A stretch of 64,000 bases of DNA from Hypanus sabinus. Taxonomy: Eukaryota. The notes under the pieces were generated by a model. It worked only from the letters and a program-made list of their open reading frames with translations. It was not told the origin of the DNA and made no database searches. The position numbers and the translations under genes are program-made. This document shows, in pieces, positions 43,641 through 56,118 of this stretch. Where the stretch lies: NCBI RefSeq assembly GCF_030144855.1, contig NC_082723.1:39680001-39744000 (forward strand). The letters are read 5' to 3'. The first letter of the stretch is position 1; the number at the start of each line of letters is the position of its first letter.

Positions 43641-44257
43641 GTTAAGGAATAGGGCTGATCCTGAGTTGTCTCAAATATATATTCATATCAAAACACTTCA
43701 GCATCTTGCCAGTCTTGGCTTTCACGTGCCTTGCATTCTCTGTGTTAGTCCATCAAACACATGGTGGAGTGCATTGCAATTTACCCAAGTGAGCTCTGTG
43801 TGCACAAAGTTTCCAATCAGCAATTAGCTATCAGATAACAAAAAGCAATGGGTCAATTTGCTGCAGAAAATTATAGGACTTCCAGTCCCCAGTATCTGTC
43901 CAATCTCACAGATGACGATCAGCTACTGAGCTACAGCTGACAAAAATTAAACCTTGTTTCTGCCCTATCAGATGATAATAAATAGAAAGCCACTGTTCTT
44001 AAGTAGGTTAGGGAATAAACTTTTCACCTTCATGCTCTAACAATTTTGGGATGAAATCCCAAACTTTAAGGCTTTAATCAAATAATTGTAGTCGGCTCCA
44101 AACATCTTCAGATACATCAACAGGTATAAGTGATTGATATTCTTCATTTATTAATGTACAAATATATGAATTAGCAACAGGAGTAGGTTACTTGCCCCCT
44201 CAAGCCTGGGTTTGGGATTTTACTTGCCCCCTCAAGCCTCAGTTTGGGAGTTTACTT

Positions 44258-44968
44258 CAACACGTACAAACAAGCTGGAGGAACTCAGCTGGTCGGGCAG
44301 CATCCGTTGAAAGGAACAGTCAACGTTTTGGGCCGAGACCCTTCATCAGGACTCAAGAAGGAGGGGGCAGGGGCCCCATAAAGAAGGTGGGTGGAGGGTG
44401 GAAAACCAATCAGAGGAAAGATCAAGGGGTGGGGGAGGGGAAGCAGGGAGGGGATAGGCAGGAAAGGTGAAGAAGGAATCTAAGGGGAAAGCACTATGGG
44501 TAGTAGTAGAAGGCAGAATCATGAGAGAGGTGATAGGCAGCTAGAAGAGGAGACAGTGGGATGGGGGAAGGGAGAGGGAGGGAATTACCGGAAGTTGGAG
44601 AATTCGATGTTCATGCCAAGGGGCTGGAGACTACCCAGACAGTAGATGAGGTGTTGCTCCTCCAACTGGAGTTTGGCCTCATCATGGCAGTAGAGGAAGC
44701 CGTGTATGGACATATCCAAATGGGAATGTGAAGCAGAGTTGAAGTAGGTAGCAACCAGGAGATCCTGTCTGTGGTGGCGGATGGAATAGAGGTGCTCGAC
44801 AAAGCAGTCCTCCAATCTGTGTCGGGTCTTGCCGATGTAGAGGAGGCTGCACCGGGAGCACGGGATGCAATAGATTACCCCAACAAGTGAAGTTTTGCCT
44901 CACCTAGAAGGACTGTTTGGGGCCCTGAATGGTGGCAAGAGAGGAGGTGTAGGGACAGGTGTAGCACC
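44258..44968 (-). mobile_element. Penelope-like family A fragment
   Basis: EDCFVEHLYSIR...VATYFNSASHSHLDMSIHG..EEQHLIYCLGSLQPLGMNIEFSNFR; tail with hammerhead-like motif at 44317-44353. Confidence 0.85.
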
Positions 44969-45919
44969 TACTCTTGCTTATACTTATGCTTACGCCTACA
45001 CTTACTTGCCCCCTCAAGCCTGGGTTTGGAGTTTACTTGCCCCCTTACTGCTGCTCTAAATTCAATTCTGCGTTCCCCCTTCGTGGGTAACCTTTCACCT
45101 ATTTGCTTATAAGTATCTATTCCATCTATTGATCTTCGTCTACAAAGGCTTTGCTTTATTATCCTTTGAGAGAAAAAGAAATGCCTTTTTTGTCTTAATT
45201 GAGCAACCCCTTATTTTAAACAGTGATTTCTAGTTCTAGATTCTCCAGTACGAGGAAATTTCCTTTTCTCAGTCACCCCTCAGGATTTAATATGTTTCAA
45301 TCATGTCCTGTCTTACTCCAGTGGATATAAGCCTAACTGGTCCAACCTTTTGTCAAAAGACAATCTGCTCATTCAAAGTAGAGTACATTTATTATCAAAG
45401 TATGTATAAATTATACAACCGTGAGATTTGTCTCAAAACAAGAAACCTGAAAGAACCCATTAAAAAAAGGCTAACAAACACCCGAAGTGCCGAGAGAGGG
45501 AAAAAAAACAAATTGTGCAAACAATAAAGGTAAGCAACAGCATTTGGATTGTAAGTGAGTCCATGGACACAAAGCCTGGAGCAGATCGAACAGGCCAACA
45601 GCTTCAGCCTCAGTTCATCGCTTTCATTCAAGGTACTGGTGTAGAGAATCTCTGAATTGCTTTCTTCCTTAAATATTGAGACCTATACTCCTTCTTTAAA
45701 GAGTATTAATACTCCAAAAATAGTCTAGCTGAGGCAAAACCTTGTTGTATTTGCATTCAGTTCCTCAAGCAACACACATTCTGCTAGTTTCCCTCAATGC
45801 TAACCGCTTGTGAATCACCATTATGTAACAAGCTTTTTAAAAAATCTCACTGTAGGTACTAAGCACCTGAGAGCAATGCAATTATATCTGTTGGGAGTGA
45901 TGGTTAAGATGATCTTATC

Positions 45920-46460
45920 TCAGAATCAGAATCAGGTTTATCACTGGTATATGATGTGAAATTTGTTAACTTTCAGCAGCAGTTCAATGCAACACATAAT
46001 CTAGCAGAGAGAGAAATGATAATAAATAAAATAATAATAAACGCATAAATAAATTACATATATTGAACAGATTATTTAAAATGTGTAAAAACAGAAATAC
46101 TGTATATTAAAAAAGTGAGGTAGTGTCCAAAGCTTCAAAGTCCATTCAGGAATCGGATGGCAGAGGGGAAGAAGCTGTTCCTGAATCGCTGAGTGTGTGC
46201 CTTCAGGCTTCTGTATCTCCTACCTGATGGTAACAGTGAGAAAAGGGCATACCTTGGGTGCTGGAGATCTTTAATAATGGACGCTGTCTTTCTGAGACAC
46301 CGCTTCCCAAAGATGTCCTGTGTACTTTGTAGGCTAGGTCAAAGATGGAGCTGACTAGATTTACAACCTTCTGCAGCTTTTTTTGGTCCTGTGCAGTAGC
46401 CCCTCCATACCAGACAGTGATGCAGCCTGTCAGAATGCTCTCCACAGTACAACTATAGAA
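45920..46460 (-). mobile_element. Rex1/Babar-type LINE 3' fragment
   Basis: ESILTGCITVWYGGATAQDQKKLQKVV; (TTCTGA)n tail. Confidence 0.82.
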
Positions 46461-46580
46461 GGTTTATTTTTTCATTCTGTGTAAAAATTGTGTAATTACA
46501 GACAAAAATCACTTTTCTTTTTTCTATAATCTAGTAATTAGCTAATTGTTCTGACATCACATAGAAATATTGTAAAATCA

Positions 46581-47084
46581 TACAGTGCTGTGCAAAAGTC
46601 TTAGAGAGATATATATACTTAGAGCTAGGGTGTCTAAGATTTTTGCATAGTACCATAATAATTTTATGTATTGTACTACTGCAAAAAAAAAACAAATTTC
46701 AATGACATGTGAATGATGATAAACCTGATTCTGATTGGGGTCTCTATTATGGACTGAGAGTGGGAAGAGGGCAGGGAGAGGGGAATCACAGTTGGGGAAA
46801 CGGGGAAGGGAGAGGGGAGGGAGCTGAAAGCACTAGAGAGACATTCTGTAATGATTAATAAACCAATTGTTTGAAATCAAATGGTCTTGCCTGGTGTCTC
46901 AGGGCTGAGTGTATCTGTACCCACACCACCCTACACCCCTGGCACTCATTCTGTCATTCACCCCTCAACCCTCCCATGGCACTCCACCCTTGTGCTTCCC
47001 AACATGTTTTGCTCCTGCCAGATTTATGAACTCGCTCTCCACTCCACATTGACAAATACTGTACTGTGGAAAGGTCTTAGGCAC
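46581..47084 (+). mobile_element. Composite non-autonomous element (Tc1-TIR hairpin, LINE tail, GA-rich body, Tc1 TIR)
   Basis: TACAGTGCTGTGCAAAAGTCTTAG at 46581, an inverse copy near 46630-46656 and a third at 47057; partial inverted copy at 13425-13790. Confidence 0.55.
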
Positions 47085-48096
47085 CTGTGCCAAGCAAGGG
47101 GTCCATTAAAAGCACTGTTCAATTAGTTTTCTTTGCTTACCCTTTCCCTCTATCCCTGGAGGTTGTGGCTTCCTACTTTTCTGAGGATGGGTTGTTAAAT
47201 TATTTAACAACTCCCATTCTGTGCCCCCTCCCCCCTCAGGCTGGAAAGACTATTATAATCTTGTAAAATCCAACTGGTTTGCTGATGCACCTTTGGAAAA
47301 GGAATCTGTAACCTTTAGGAAGAAGCACAGTCGCTGTTTCTGGCCGACAAAGGGTCTCGTCGAAATGTCAGGACTGACAAAGGGTCTCATCGAAATGTCG
47401 ACTGTGTTTCTTCCTATAGATGCTGCCTGGCCTGCTGCGTTCCACCAGCATTTTGTGTGTGTTGCTTGAATTTCCAGCATCTGCAGATTTCCTCGTGTTT
47501 GCATCTGTAACCTTTCCCTGTTTTGGCCTGCATAATCCTGACATTAGTAATAGGCTGACTCCTAATTCCCCTCCAAAATGTCCTAGGAAGCTAATTGGTT
47601 GCCTGAAAGGAGATTTAGATTAACGGCATACATCTTGAGTTATGTTGGAGATCAGCCTTGATTTTACACAAAGATGGAGCAGGACTGGGAGATCCAATGC
47701 CTCCTCTTCATCCTCTTGTTTTACATGTTCTCAATCTATACTTATTAAACCTTCTGTCAGGGGAAATTCTTTCTCCTTATCTACCCACTTTTAAATCTTA
47801 ATTTTGTTAATAATCTTCACTTAACTTTCCCTACTCTAAGGAAAAGAGCCCAGCTGAGGCCCTCATTAACACCCACAAAGAGCATGACGGCTGTTGAAAA
47901 GGTCTGTCTAACAGCTATGGGTTACAGAGCATGAGAAGACTGGGCATGTGTCATATTCTAGCATTTTTTATCATTCCTATTTTAATACTGAAGAATGGAT
48001 CAAAGCCTATACCTATTTCAGTGATTAATAGCCTCATGAAGAATGAGGAGAGTCTAATGTAATCTTGGATCAGTAATTGTGGCACTGTATGTTTAC

Positions 48097-48221
48097 CCTG
48101 GCTGTATCTCACTCTCTTAGGTGAATATCTGGCAGAATGTTTGCAGAACAGCTTTTCCGGGCTTAGAACAATGTATGACTCGATATTTAAACCAGGATCA
48201 AGGTAAGAAGACAGATGCATC
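48097..48221 (-). CDS. Candidate downstream coding exon of PPP1R26 (MHLSSYLDPGLNIESYIVLSPEKLFCKHSARYSPKRVRYSQ)
   Basis: Acceptor tttcttcaattttgtttcag|G and donor G|gtaaac; open and phase-compatible with the phase-2 donor at 61645. Confidence 0.45.
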
Positions 48222-49699
48222 CTGAAACAAAATTGAAGAAATATACAGGTTATTGACAAGTTGAGCAGTGTTAAAGACAACTGTGATCTAGGGCTTTATA
48301 AATAGATGCCTTGGGTGAGAATACATAAGTATCTTAAACTTTTTTAGATCATCGCAGTATTGTAGACATTCTCACTTGGCTGGATAATGCAATAGGAAAG
48401 CGGTGAGGTCAGCTATGACAAAGTCTGTAGGCAGGTCAAGAAAATTGATAAGGGAAATAGATAAATGTGCTTAGGATGTAATTTCTCAATTTGTTAAGGG
48501 CATTTTAATGCTGTGGCAGGTGTAGATAGCTCAAAGGAGATCTTATAGGAAACCAGGATTCATTTATGTTAAGTAACATGTTCAACAGTGGAGGTGGACA
48601 TGCATTAGTTCAGCTTAGAGAAGTCAAGGATGTTTTCCATTTTCCATGAAATGCCCTCAATGTAAGTTAACACAAGACCAGAAAGTTAAGGTTTTATAGT
48701 ACAATTTTAAAACTGGGTGGGAGTGGTTGGTTACAATTAAAGAGAATATACCAGAAAGTCAAGGAAAGAGGTTTGGCTGATACATCTGCACTCCTGTCCA
48801 TAAACTCTGGATGCCTCACTCTCAAGCAGCTGGCCAAGTTGTTTTTCAAACTATTTATGCAATCAGAGTCTGCCACCTTTCGTATGTACTGTTACAATCA
48901 CGAAGAATATCTAAGTGAAAGAAATGAGCTCATTTGCCCTTCCGATTTTAAATCTGTGATACCTGATGGGGACCTCACCAGAGTGAATGGTTATTAATGA
49001 GGAGAGCATTTTAATGCAAATGGATCTGAGGGAGCGAGTTGTTAGCTAATGAGAACTTTAATGTTACGTTCTACAAATAGCTAACTAAATGCCTATTTTA
49101 GTGTTCCTGAGCTGCAGCTGGGTTAGAGCTGTTTGTTTGTGTTATCTCCTGGTGCAAATATTTCAGATTCTACCTGATTTAGTCTCAACTTAGTGTTGTG
49201 CTTGTGCAATGCCTAGAAATGATTTTAAAGTATATATTAAGCATCATGATCTCTCTGAATGGCAGAATAGTAGCCCAGAGGACCTGAAAGTCCTGTTGCT
49301 ATGTACCTGATAATGAAATGGCGTCTCCTAGGAATTAACTGAAAACCGAGGGGAACCTGTTGCATTGAGTTTACAACAAAGTCGACCCCCAATCTGACAA
49401 TCTCTGCAATTCAATGCTGATAATAAAGAACATTTAAGAAATTAATTCATAAGTACAGTGTAATGCAAGCAAAACTACAAATAACTTATATTTGTATTGT
49501 ACATGGCAAGATATCTCAGGGCACTTCATAGGACTTGGATGGTGGAATTCTGCCAAACTTTACAGAGAGTAGAACAATGGAGACTGAACAGTAAAGTCCA
49601 TAAGTAACACAGGCATGATGAGATTTCAGCAGCTGATTCGTAATGCAAAAAGTAATCTGACCTGTGTTATTTTTCTCAGTCTGGGTTGGTGGTAAATCA

Positions 49700-50220
49700 C
49701 AAACACAAGAAATTTTGCAGATACTATACCGTAAATCCAAAGCAACACACACAAAATACTGGAGGAGCTCAGCAGGTCAGGCAGCATCTATCAAAATGAA
49801 TAAACAGCTGATATTTCAGGCCAAGACCCCTCTTCAGAACTGAAAAGGACAAGGGAATAAACAAGGTGGGGGAGGGGAAAGAGGATAGCTAGAAGGTGAT
49901 AGGTGAAGCCAGGTGGGTTGGAAAGATAACGGGCTGGAGAGGAAGGAATCTGTTAGGAAAAGAGAGTGGACCATAGGAGAAAGGAAAAGAGGTGATAGGT
50001 AGGTAAGAGGCCAGAGGGGGGAATAGAAGAGGGGAGGGGGAAGGGTTTTCTTTATCCAGAAAGAGAAATCAATGTTCATGCCATTAGGCTGGAGGCTGCC
50101 CAGACAGAATAGAAGGTGTTGCTCCTCTTCTTGGCACAAGGGAAGGCCATCGACCAACATGTTAGAACGGGAAGGAGAACTGGAATTAAAATGTTTGGGC
50201 ACCAGGAAGTTCTCCTTTTG
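49700..50220 (-). mobile_element. Penelope-like family A fragment
   Basis: EEQHLLFCLGSLQPNGMNIDFS; tail. Confidence 0.8.
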
Positions 50221-53200
50221 GTGGTAATTTGTGTCATTCAAATGGAGATCCTGACAAATGACAGGAGACAATCTGGGGCCTTGGAGACCACTTGAAGGAC
50301 TGAAGGCTATTGGGTGTCAGCCTAACAGATATTCAAGTATCAGCAAGTATTTTGACATTATATACACACGGGCGTCGCAAAAGGAAAGAAAATGTGTATT
50401 TTATTGCATATTTCATTTTATTAAAAGTCATGGCAAATAAAGTATTTTTGAAGTGTTGAAAATGCTGAGGCACGGTTCAGGCAACAGGCAATTTGTACTC
50501 AGCAAACCCCTTCAGACAGTTCTGATTTAAACGACCATATTATCAGCTTAAGTGATGTTGATCTGAGGATACATATTGTTAAGAAAACAGAATTCTGCTG
50601 CACTGCTTCTTCCAGTACAAGTACAGCCAAAAGGATTTTTTAAAAAAGTTCCCAATCAAATGAAAAGGGCAGACAGTCCAACTGAAAGGTGTCAGCTCTG
50701 ATATTGCAGCAATCCCTTAGTTATATGGACGTACATCAGCCTTGACTCTGTCTGCAGATCCTGGAAGTCAATAAAGAAACTTGATTTTGAAAATGTTTCA
50801 AATTAGTGTTGGTCTCTAGGGGAATCACACATCTAATCCCCAGACTGTTGACTAGGGCAGCTAACCTCTCCACTAGCTGCAGGGGGTACCTTCCTCTTGA
50901 GTAGATCTTCCGGGTCAGGGATGACTTATTACCACTTTGGCTTTGAGGCAGTTGGTGAGCCCATTGTAGGATCTACTGATTCTTACACAGGTGGGCCTGT
51001 TGGTGGCCCATGAGATGAGTGAGTAGGTAATTTCCGAGGTGATCCGCTCCTTCTGTTGTCTGTGTAAGGGTACAGTGTGCTTCCGTAGCACAGAACTGAA
51101 AAAGCTTGGAAGGAGAAGTCTGATATCATGTATATAAACTTTATGGCTTCCGCTTTGTAGATGCTGAACAGGGAGAGCTGACAGATATTGATTTGCTTGT
51201 CCTTGCAGTAAATTTGGAGGATTTTGTGAAGGAATTGCTGATGCTATTTTTTCCAGTACCTGAAATGCCTTCCCTAGGTGGCCCAAGTCTCAGAAATATT
51301 TAGAAGGGCAGGGATGAGTTTTGTGCCAAGTCTGAAGACTTGACCTTCAAATAATTATTCCTGAATTGACCACAGACAGGCACATTGAAGAATGTGCTGT
51401 CTATAATATGTAGTGCAGTGTTTTCTTCAGCAGCACCATCCTGGCTTCCATGATATATGGGGTCAATGCCACCCGTGGATTATATAAATCCCCTTGACAT
51501 GGAAATATACTCCACCTCTTCACCAACAATGATTCAAAATCCCGGAATCTCCTTCACAAATGCACTTTAGAAGTATCTTCACCACACAAACAAAAACATT
51601 AAGAGGAAGATATTGCACTTGGGACTTCTCAAGAGTCAGCATATGATGAGAAATGAATGCCAGTATCCCCACAATAAATAAATAATTAAAAGGGGGTATT
51701 TACAAAGTACCTGGATGATCTGGTGCTGTAATAAACTTCCATTGCAACTCTAATCTTCTGACCTTTTCATTTGCTGATGTGGTATTAGTTGGTATTTTGG
51801 GGCAACTGCAGGAAGCATACAGAAGGCTGGCGCTGAACAGCAATGCAAATATTATGTTTTAGTACAGATTTAGAATATGTGTGGAAAATTGCAGCACAAA
51901 TAGATCACAAGCATTTACCTCCAATGATGTGAAGAAAAATCACCACCCCCCAGGCGACACCCCAGGACATTGTTTAAATAGGTTTCATTGTCAATCAGGG
52001 CTACCACCAGCAACGCAGCTCAACATAAGATCAGCAAATAGCATGAATCAGCTGCTGCTATTTCCAGCTCTAATTTGGCTGCCCTATCTTTTTACGTATG
52101 AGAAACTGCAGGTTGTACGATCTCCTGTTGGGATGCATCCTCATTACCCTTGCTTGAAGTGGCCATCTGCAATGTTGAAGTGGGATAGAAGGCATCCAAA
52201 TGATATTGCAGGATTAAACTGAGGTATTTGTAAATGAAAGGAAACAACGATCAAATTCAATTGCCTGACAAATTATGAAGCATGAAAGGATGATTTAAGC
52301 ATACAATATTTATCTGCTGTTAGAATCTCTAAGTTGTAAACATGAAAGGTTAGCCCCTCAAGTGAAATTCTGTTAACTGGGTGGATTTAATGGGATCTGT
52401 ACTGAAGTATTAAACTGGGTCAGGCTGAATTAGATTTCATCCTGAATCTGTGGGAGGGCACTGAAGCCAACTCCGGTATCTGAACTGTGAGCAGCTTTTG
52501 TGGCGGATACGTGTGATTGCCCCAGTCTATCTGACTCAGTACCTTGCCAGATGGTCTCTTTATTTAGTAAAACATTAGATCATGAATATCCTGCTCTCAA
52601 ATGAGCATGATAATTTGTACGTAATAGCAAGTTACAACTAACTGACCACAGCTGTTGGAACCATGGCTGCTCCTGCACTATATTTGTATGTTCACATGAG
52701 TTAAAGTGTGATAATTATCTCATATTCACACCTCCAATTACAGTAAAGTGGACATCTTCCCAGCTATGCTTGTGATTTATTCCCTACTGGATTCCAAGCC
52801 AGATGGGATAGTTAGAATGCACAAGGTAGGTGACAGATAAATTGGAATCTCCCCAGCATGCCTAGGAACAGGAATTGACATAACACCGCTGTACTGTGAA
52901 CACAAATATAATGCTTATAGAGCCATACAGTCCTACTCCTCCATGCTGACCGTGAAGCCCAGTGAGGTAATCCCACCTTCCCACATTTGGCCCATAGCCC
53001 TCTAAGCCTCTCCTATCCACATATTTATTTATGGGGATACAGCACGGAATAGGCATTCTGAGCCACGCCACCCAGCCATCCCCTGGTTTTATCCTAGTGT
53101 CATCATGGGACAATTTACAAAGACCAACAGGTGCGCCTTTGGATTGTGGGTGGAAACCAGAGTGCCCGCAGTCACAGGGAGAACGTACAGGCAGCAGTGG

Positions 53201-54934
53201 GAATTGAACCCGAGTCACTGGTACTATCCTCCATGACCTGGATTGACACACTAACGTGTGTGGAGGCTTGTGTGCTTCAAGGACTCCATCAGGTGATGCC
53301 AACTCAGGACCATCCATGTTGACGAGATGCCTCATGAAGATCGATTGAACCCCGGCTCCTGAATGGGCCATGCCATACGAAACAACAAAACTGGTACTAT
53401 AAAGCATTGTGCTAACCATTGTTGCTGTAAAATGTTGCTAATATGCCTGCTTCAGCCACTAATTCTGAAAGCTCATTCCAAATATTTATCAGCCTTTATG
53501 TGAAGAAGCTGCTCCTGATATCACTTTTAAGTCCCTCGTCTCTGATCTTAAATCTATGCTTTCTTGTTTTTAAACAAACCCTCCCTGGGGGAAAAAAGAT
53601 TATGTAATTTTACCTAGTGTATGCCCCTTCATTACTTCTGTCAGGTCACCCCCTTAATCTATAATCCAGGAAATAAAGACCTAAACTACACAACCTGGTA
53701 ATTCAGGCCCCCAAGTCCAGATACATCCTTTCTACTGTTTATACCATGCTTGTTGATCAGATGGGATCCCTGCATCTCAACTGCTATTAAGTGTATTGGA
53801 TATGGTACCCAAAGTTTACTCAAAGTGATGTCTGACCCAAAGTACATGCACCATTCTGAGCAGGAACCTGTTGAATGTAGTAGTGACTTTCATATTCTGT
53901 AATTTAGGACAAGGGACTAAATCTATCAGCTGTCTGGTACACTGCTCTGCATTGATGGGACCTGTTTAATATCAAGTCTGTGAAGATTTAAAGTTTTTTT
54001 TACTTGCTTCTTTTCTTTCAGAGCAAACACTGCACTGTTCTTACTGCTATGCAATATACGCCATAATTATATAACCCTGAACATCAGGGCAGAGAAAAAT
54101 ATTAGGCCACAATTCCTGATTCCGATTGTTGTCCAGATTACCTCTACCAAATTATTGGTTTATTGGGAGAAATTTCCTTCCTGCAATTGAATTCATGTGG
54201 CCACATACAGCCATTTGAATGAGGCACTGGAGATCATCCAGTATCTATTAAAATGTGCTGTACAGGGTTCTAAGTAATAGATACTTCCGGATATACATGG
54301 CTAATGGTTAGAATCCAACAACAAGGCTATTATTTGGTTCATTTTTCCATTGCTGGTACTCTGCTTATGATCCCATTCTAGTTAAGTGGCTCTTACAATG
54401 TAACAACACAAAGAGAAGGAAAAAAAATATTTTGCCGCCTACTGTTGTTGGCAGAATCTTCAGATGACAATGAGGTGGCATACAGGAGTGTGATAGATTG
54501 GCTGATTGAGTGGTGTTGCAACAACAAGCTTGCACTCAATGTCAGCAAGACCAAGGAATTGATTGTCGACTTCAGGGCAGAGAAGTTGAGAGATCACACC
54601 GATCTTCATTGAAAGGTCAGCGGTAGAAAGAGAGAACAATTTCAAGTTCATGGCCATCAGTCTTGGAGAATCTATACTACACCCAAAATATTCAAACCAG
54701 TGGTTATATTTCACCAAAGACTCCAGCAAATTTCTTCAGATGTACTGTGGAGAGCTCTCTGTCTGGTTGAATCACCATTTGGTATGGAGGTGTTAATACA
54801 CAGGATTGTAAAAGGCTGGAGACTCAGCCAGCTCCATCATGGGCACAAGCTTCCCCACCATTGAAGCCATCTTCCAAAGGTGGTGCCTAAAGAAGATGGC
54901 ATCTGTCATTAAAAACCCGCACCACCTGGGACAT

Positions 54935-56118
54935 TTAAAAGCACAAACATGAGGAAATCTGCAGATGCTGGAAATTCAAGCAACACACACAAAATGCTGG
55001 AGGAACGCAGCAGGCCAGGCAGCATCTATAGGAAGAAGTACAGTCGACATTTCGGGCCAAGACCCTTTGTCAGGACTAACTGAAAAAAGAGATAGTAAGA
55101 GATTTGAAAGTGGGAGGGGGCGGGGGAGATTCGAAATGATAGGAAAAGACAGGAGGGGGAGGGATGACGCTGAGAGCTGGAAAGTTGATTGGTAAAAGGG
55201 ATACAGAGCTGGAGAAGGGAGAGGATCATGGGACAGGAGGCCTAGGGAGAAAGAAATGGGGAGGGGAGCACCAGAGGGAGATGGAGAGCAGGCAAGGAGT
55301 GATTGTGAGAGGGACAGAGAGAGAAAAAAGACAGAAAAGGAAAAGGGAGAATAAATAAATAAGTGATAGGTTAAGAAGGGGAGGGGGGCATTAACAGAAA
55401 TGAGAGAAATCAATGTTCATGCCATCAGGTTGGAGGCTACCCAATCGGTATATAAGATGTTGTCGCTCCAACCTGAGTGTGGCTTCATCTTGACAGTAGA
55501 GGAGGCCATGGATAGACATATCAGAATGGGAATGGGAAAGCAGGATCTCCCAGTGGCCACACATTTTAATTCCATGTCCCATTCTCATTCTGGTATGTCT
55601 GTCCATGGCCTCCTCTACTGTCAAGATGAAGCCACACTCAGGTTGGAGCGACAACATCTTATATACCGATTGGGTAGCCTCCAACCTGATGGCATGAACA
55701 TTGATTTCTCTAACTTCTGTTAATGACCCCCTCCCCTTCTTACCCCACCCCTTATTTATTTATTTCCCCCCTCTTTTTCCTTTTTTCTCTGTCCCTCTCA
55801 CAATCACTCCTTGCCTGTTCTCCATCTCCCTCTGGTGCTCCTCTCCCCCTTTCTTTCTCCCGAGGCCTCCTGTCCCATGATCCTCTCCCTCCTCCAGCTC
55901 TGTATCACTTTCGCCAATCACCTTTCCAGCTCTCAGCGTCATCCCTCCCCCTCTAGTCTTCTATCATTTCGGATCTCCCCGCCCCCTCCCACTTTCAAAT
56001 CTCTTACTATCTCTTCTTTCAGTTAGTCCTGACGAAAGGTCTCGGCCCGAAACATCAACTGTACTTCTTCCTATAGATGCTGCCTGTCCTGCTGCATTCC
56101 ACCAGCATTTTGTGTGTG
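54935..56118. mobile_element. Inverted pair of Penelope-like family A 3' ends (1.2-kb palindrome) inside a Rex1 LINE fragment (54460-56270)
   Basis: Arms ~54980-55537 (minus) and ~55575-56118 (plus); flanked by CCACCTGGGACAT and CCATCTGGGACAT. Confidence 0.9.

Noticed and set aside
50915-51286. 123-aa minus-strand ORF in unique sequence as another PPP1R26 exon
   Set aside because: Weak acceptor, phase not matching the 61645 donor, and no recognisable motif.
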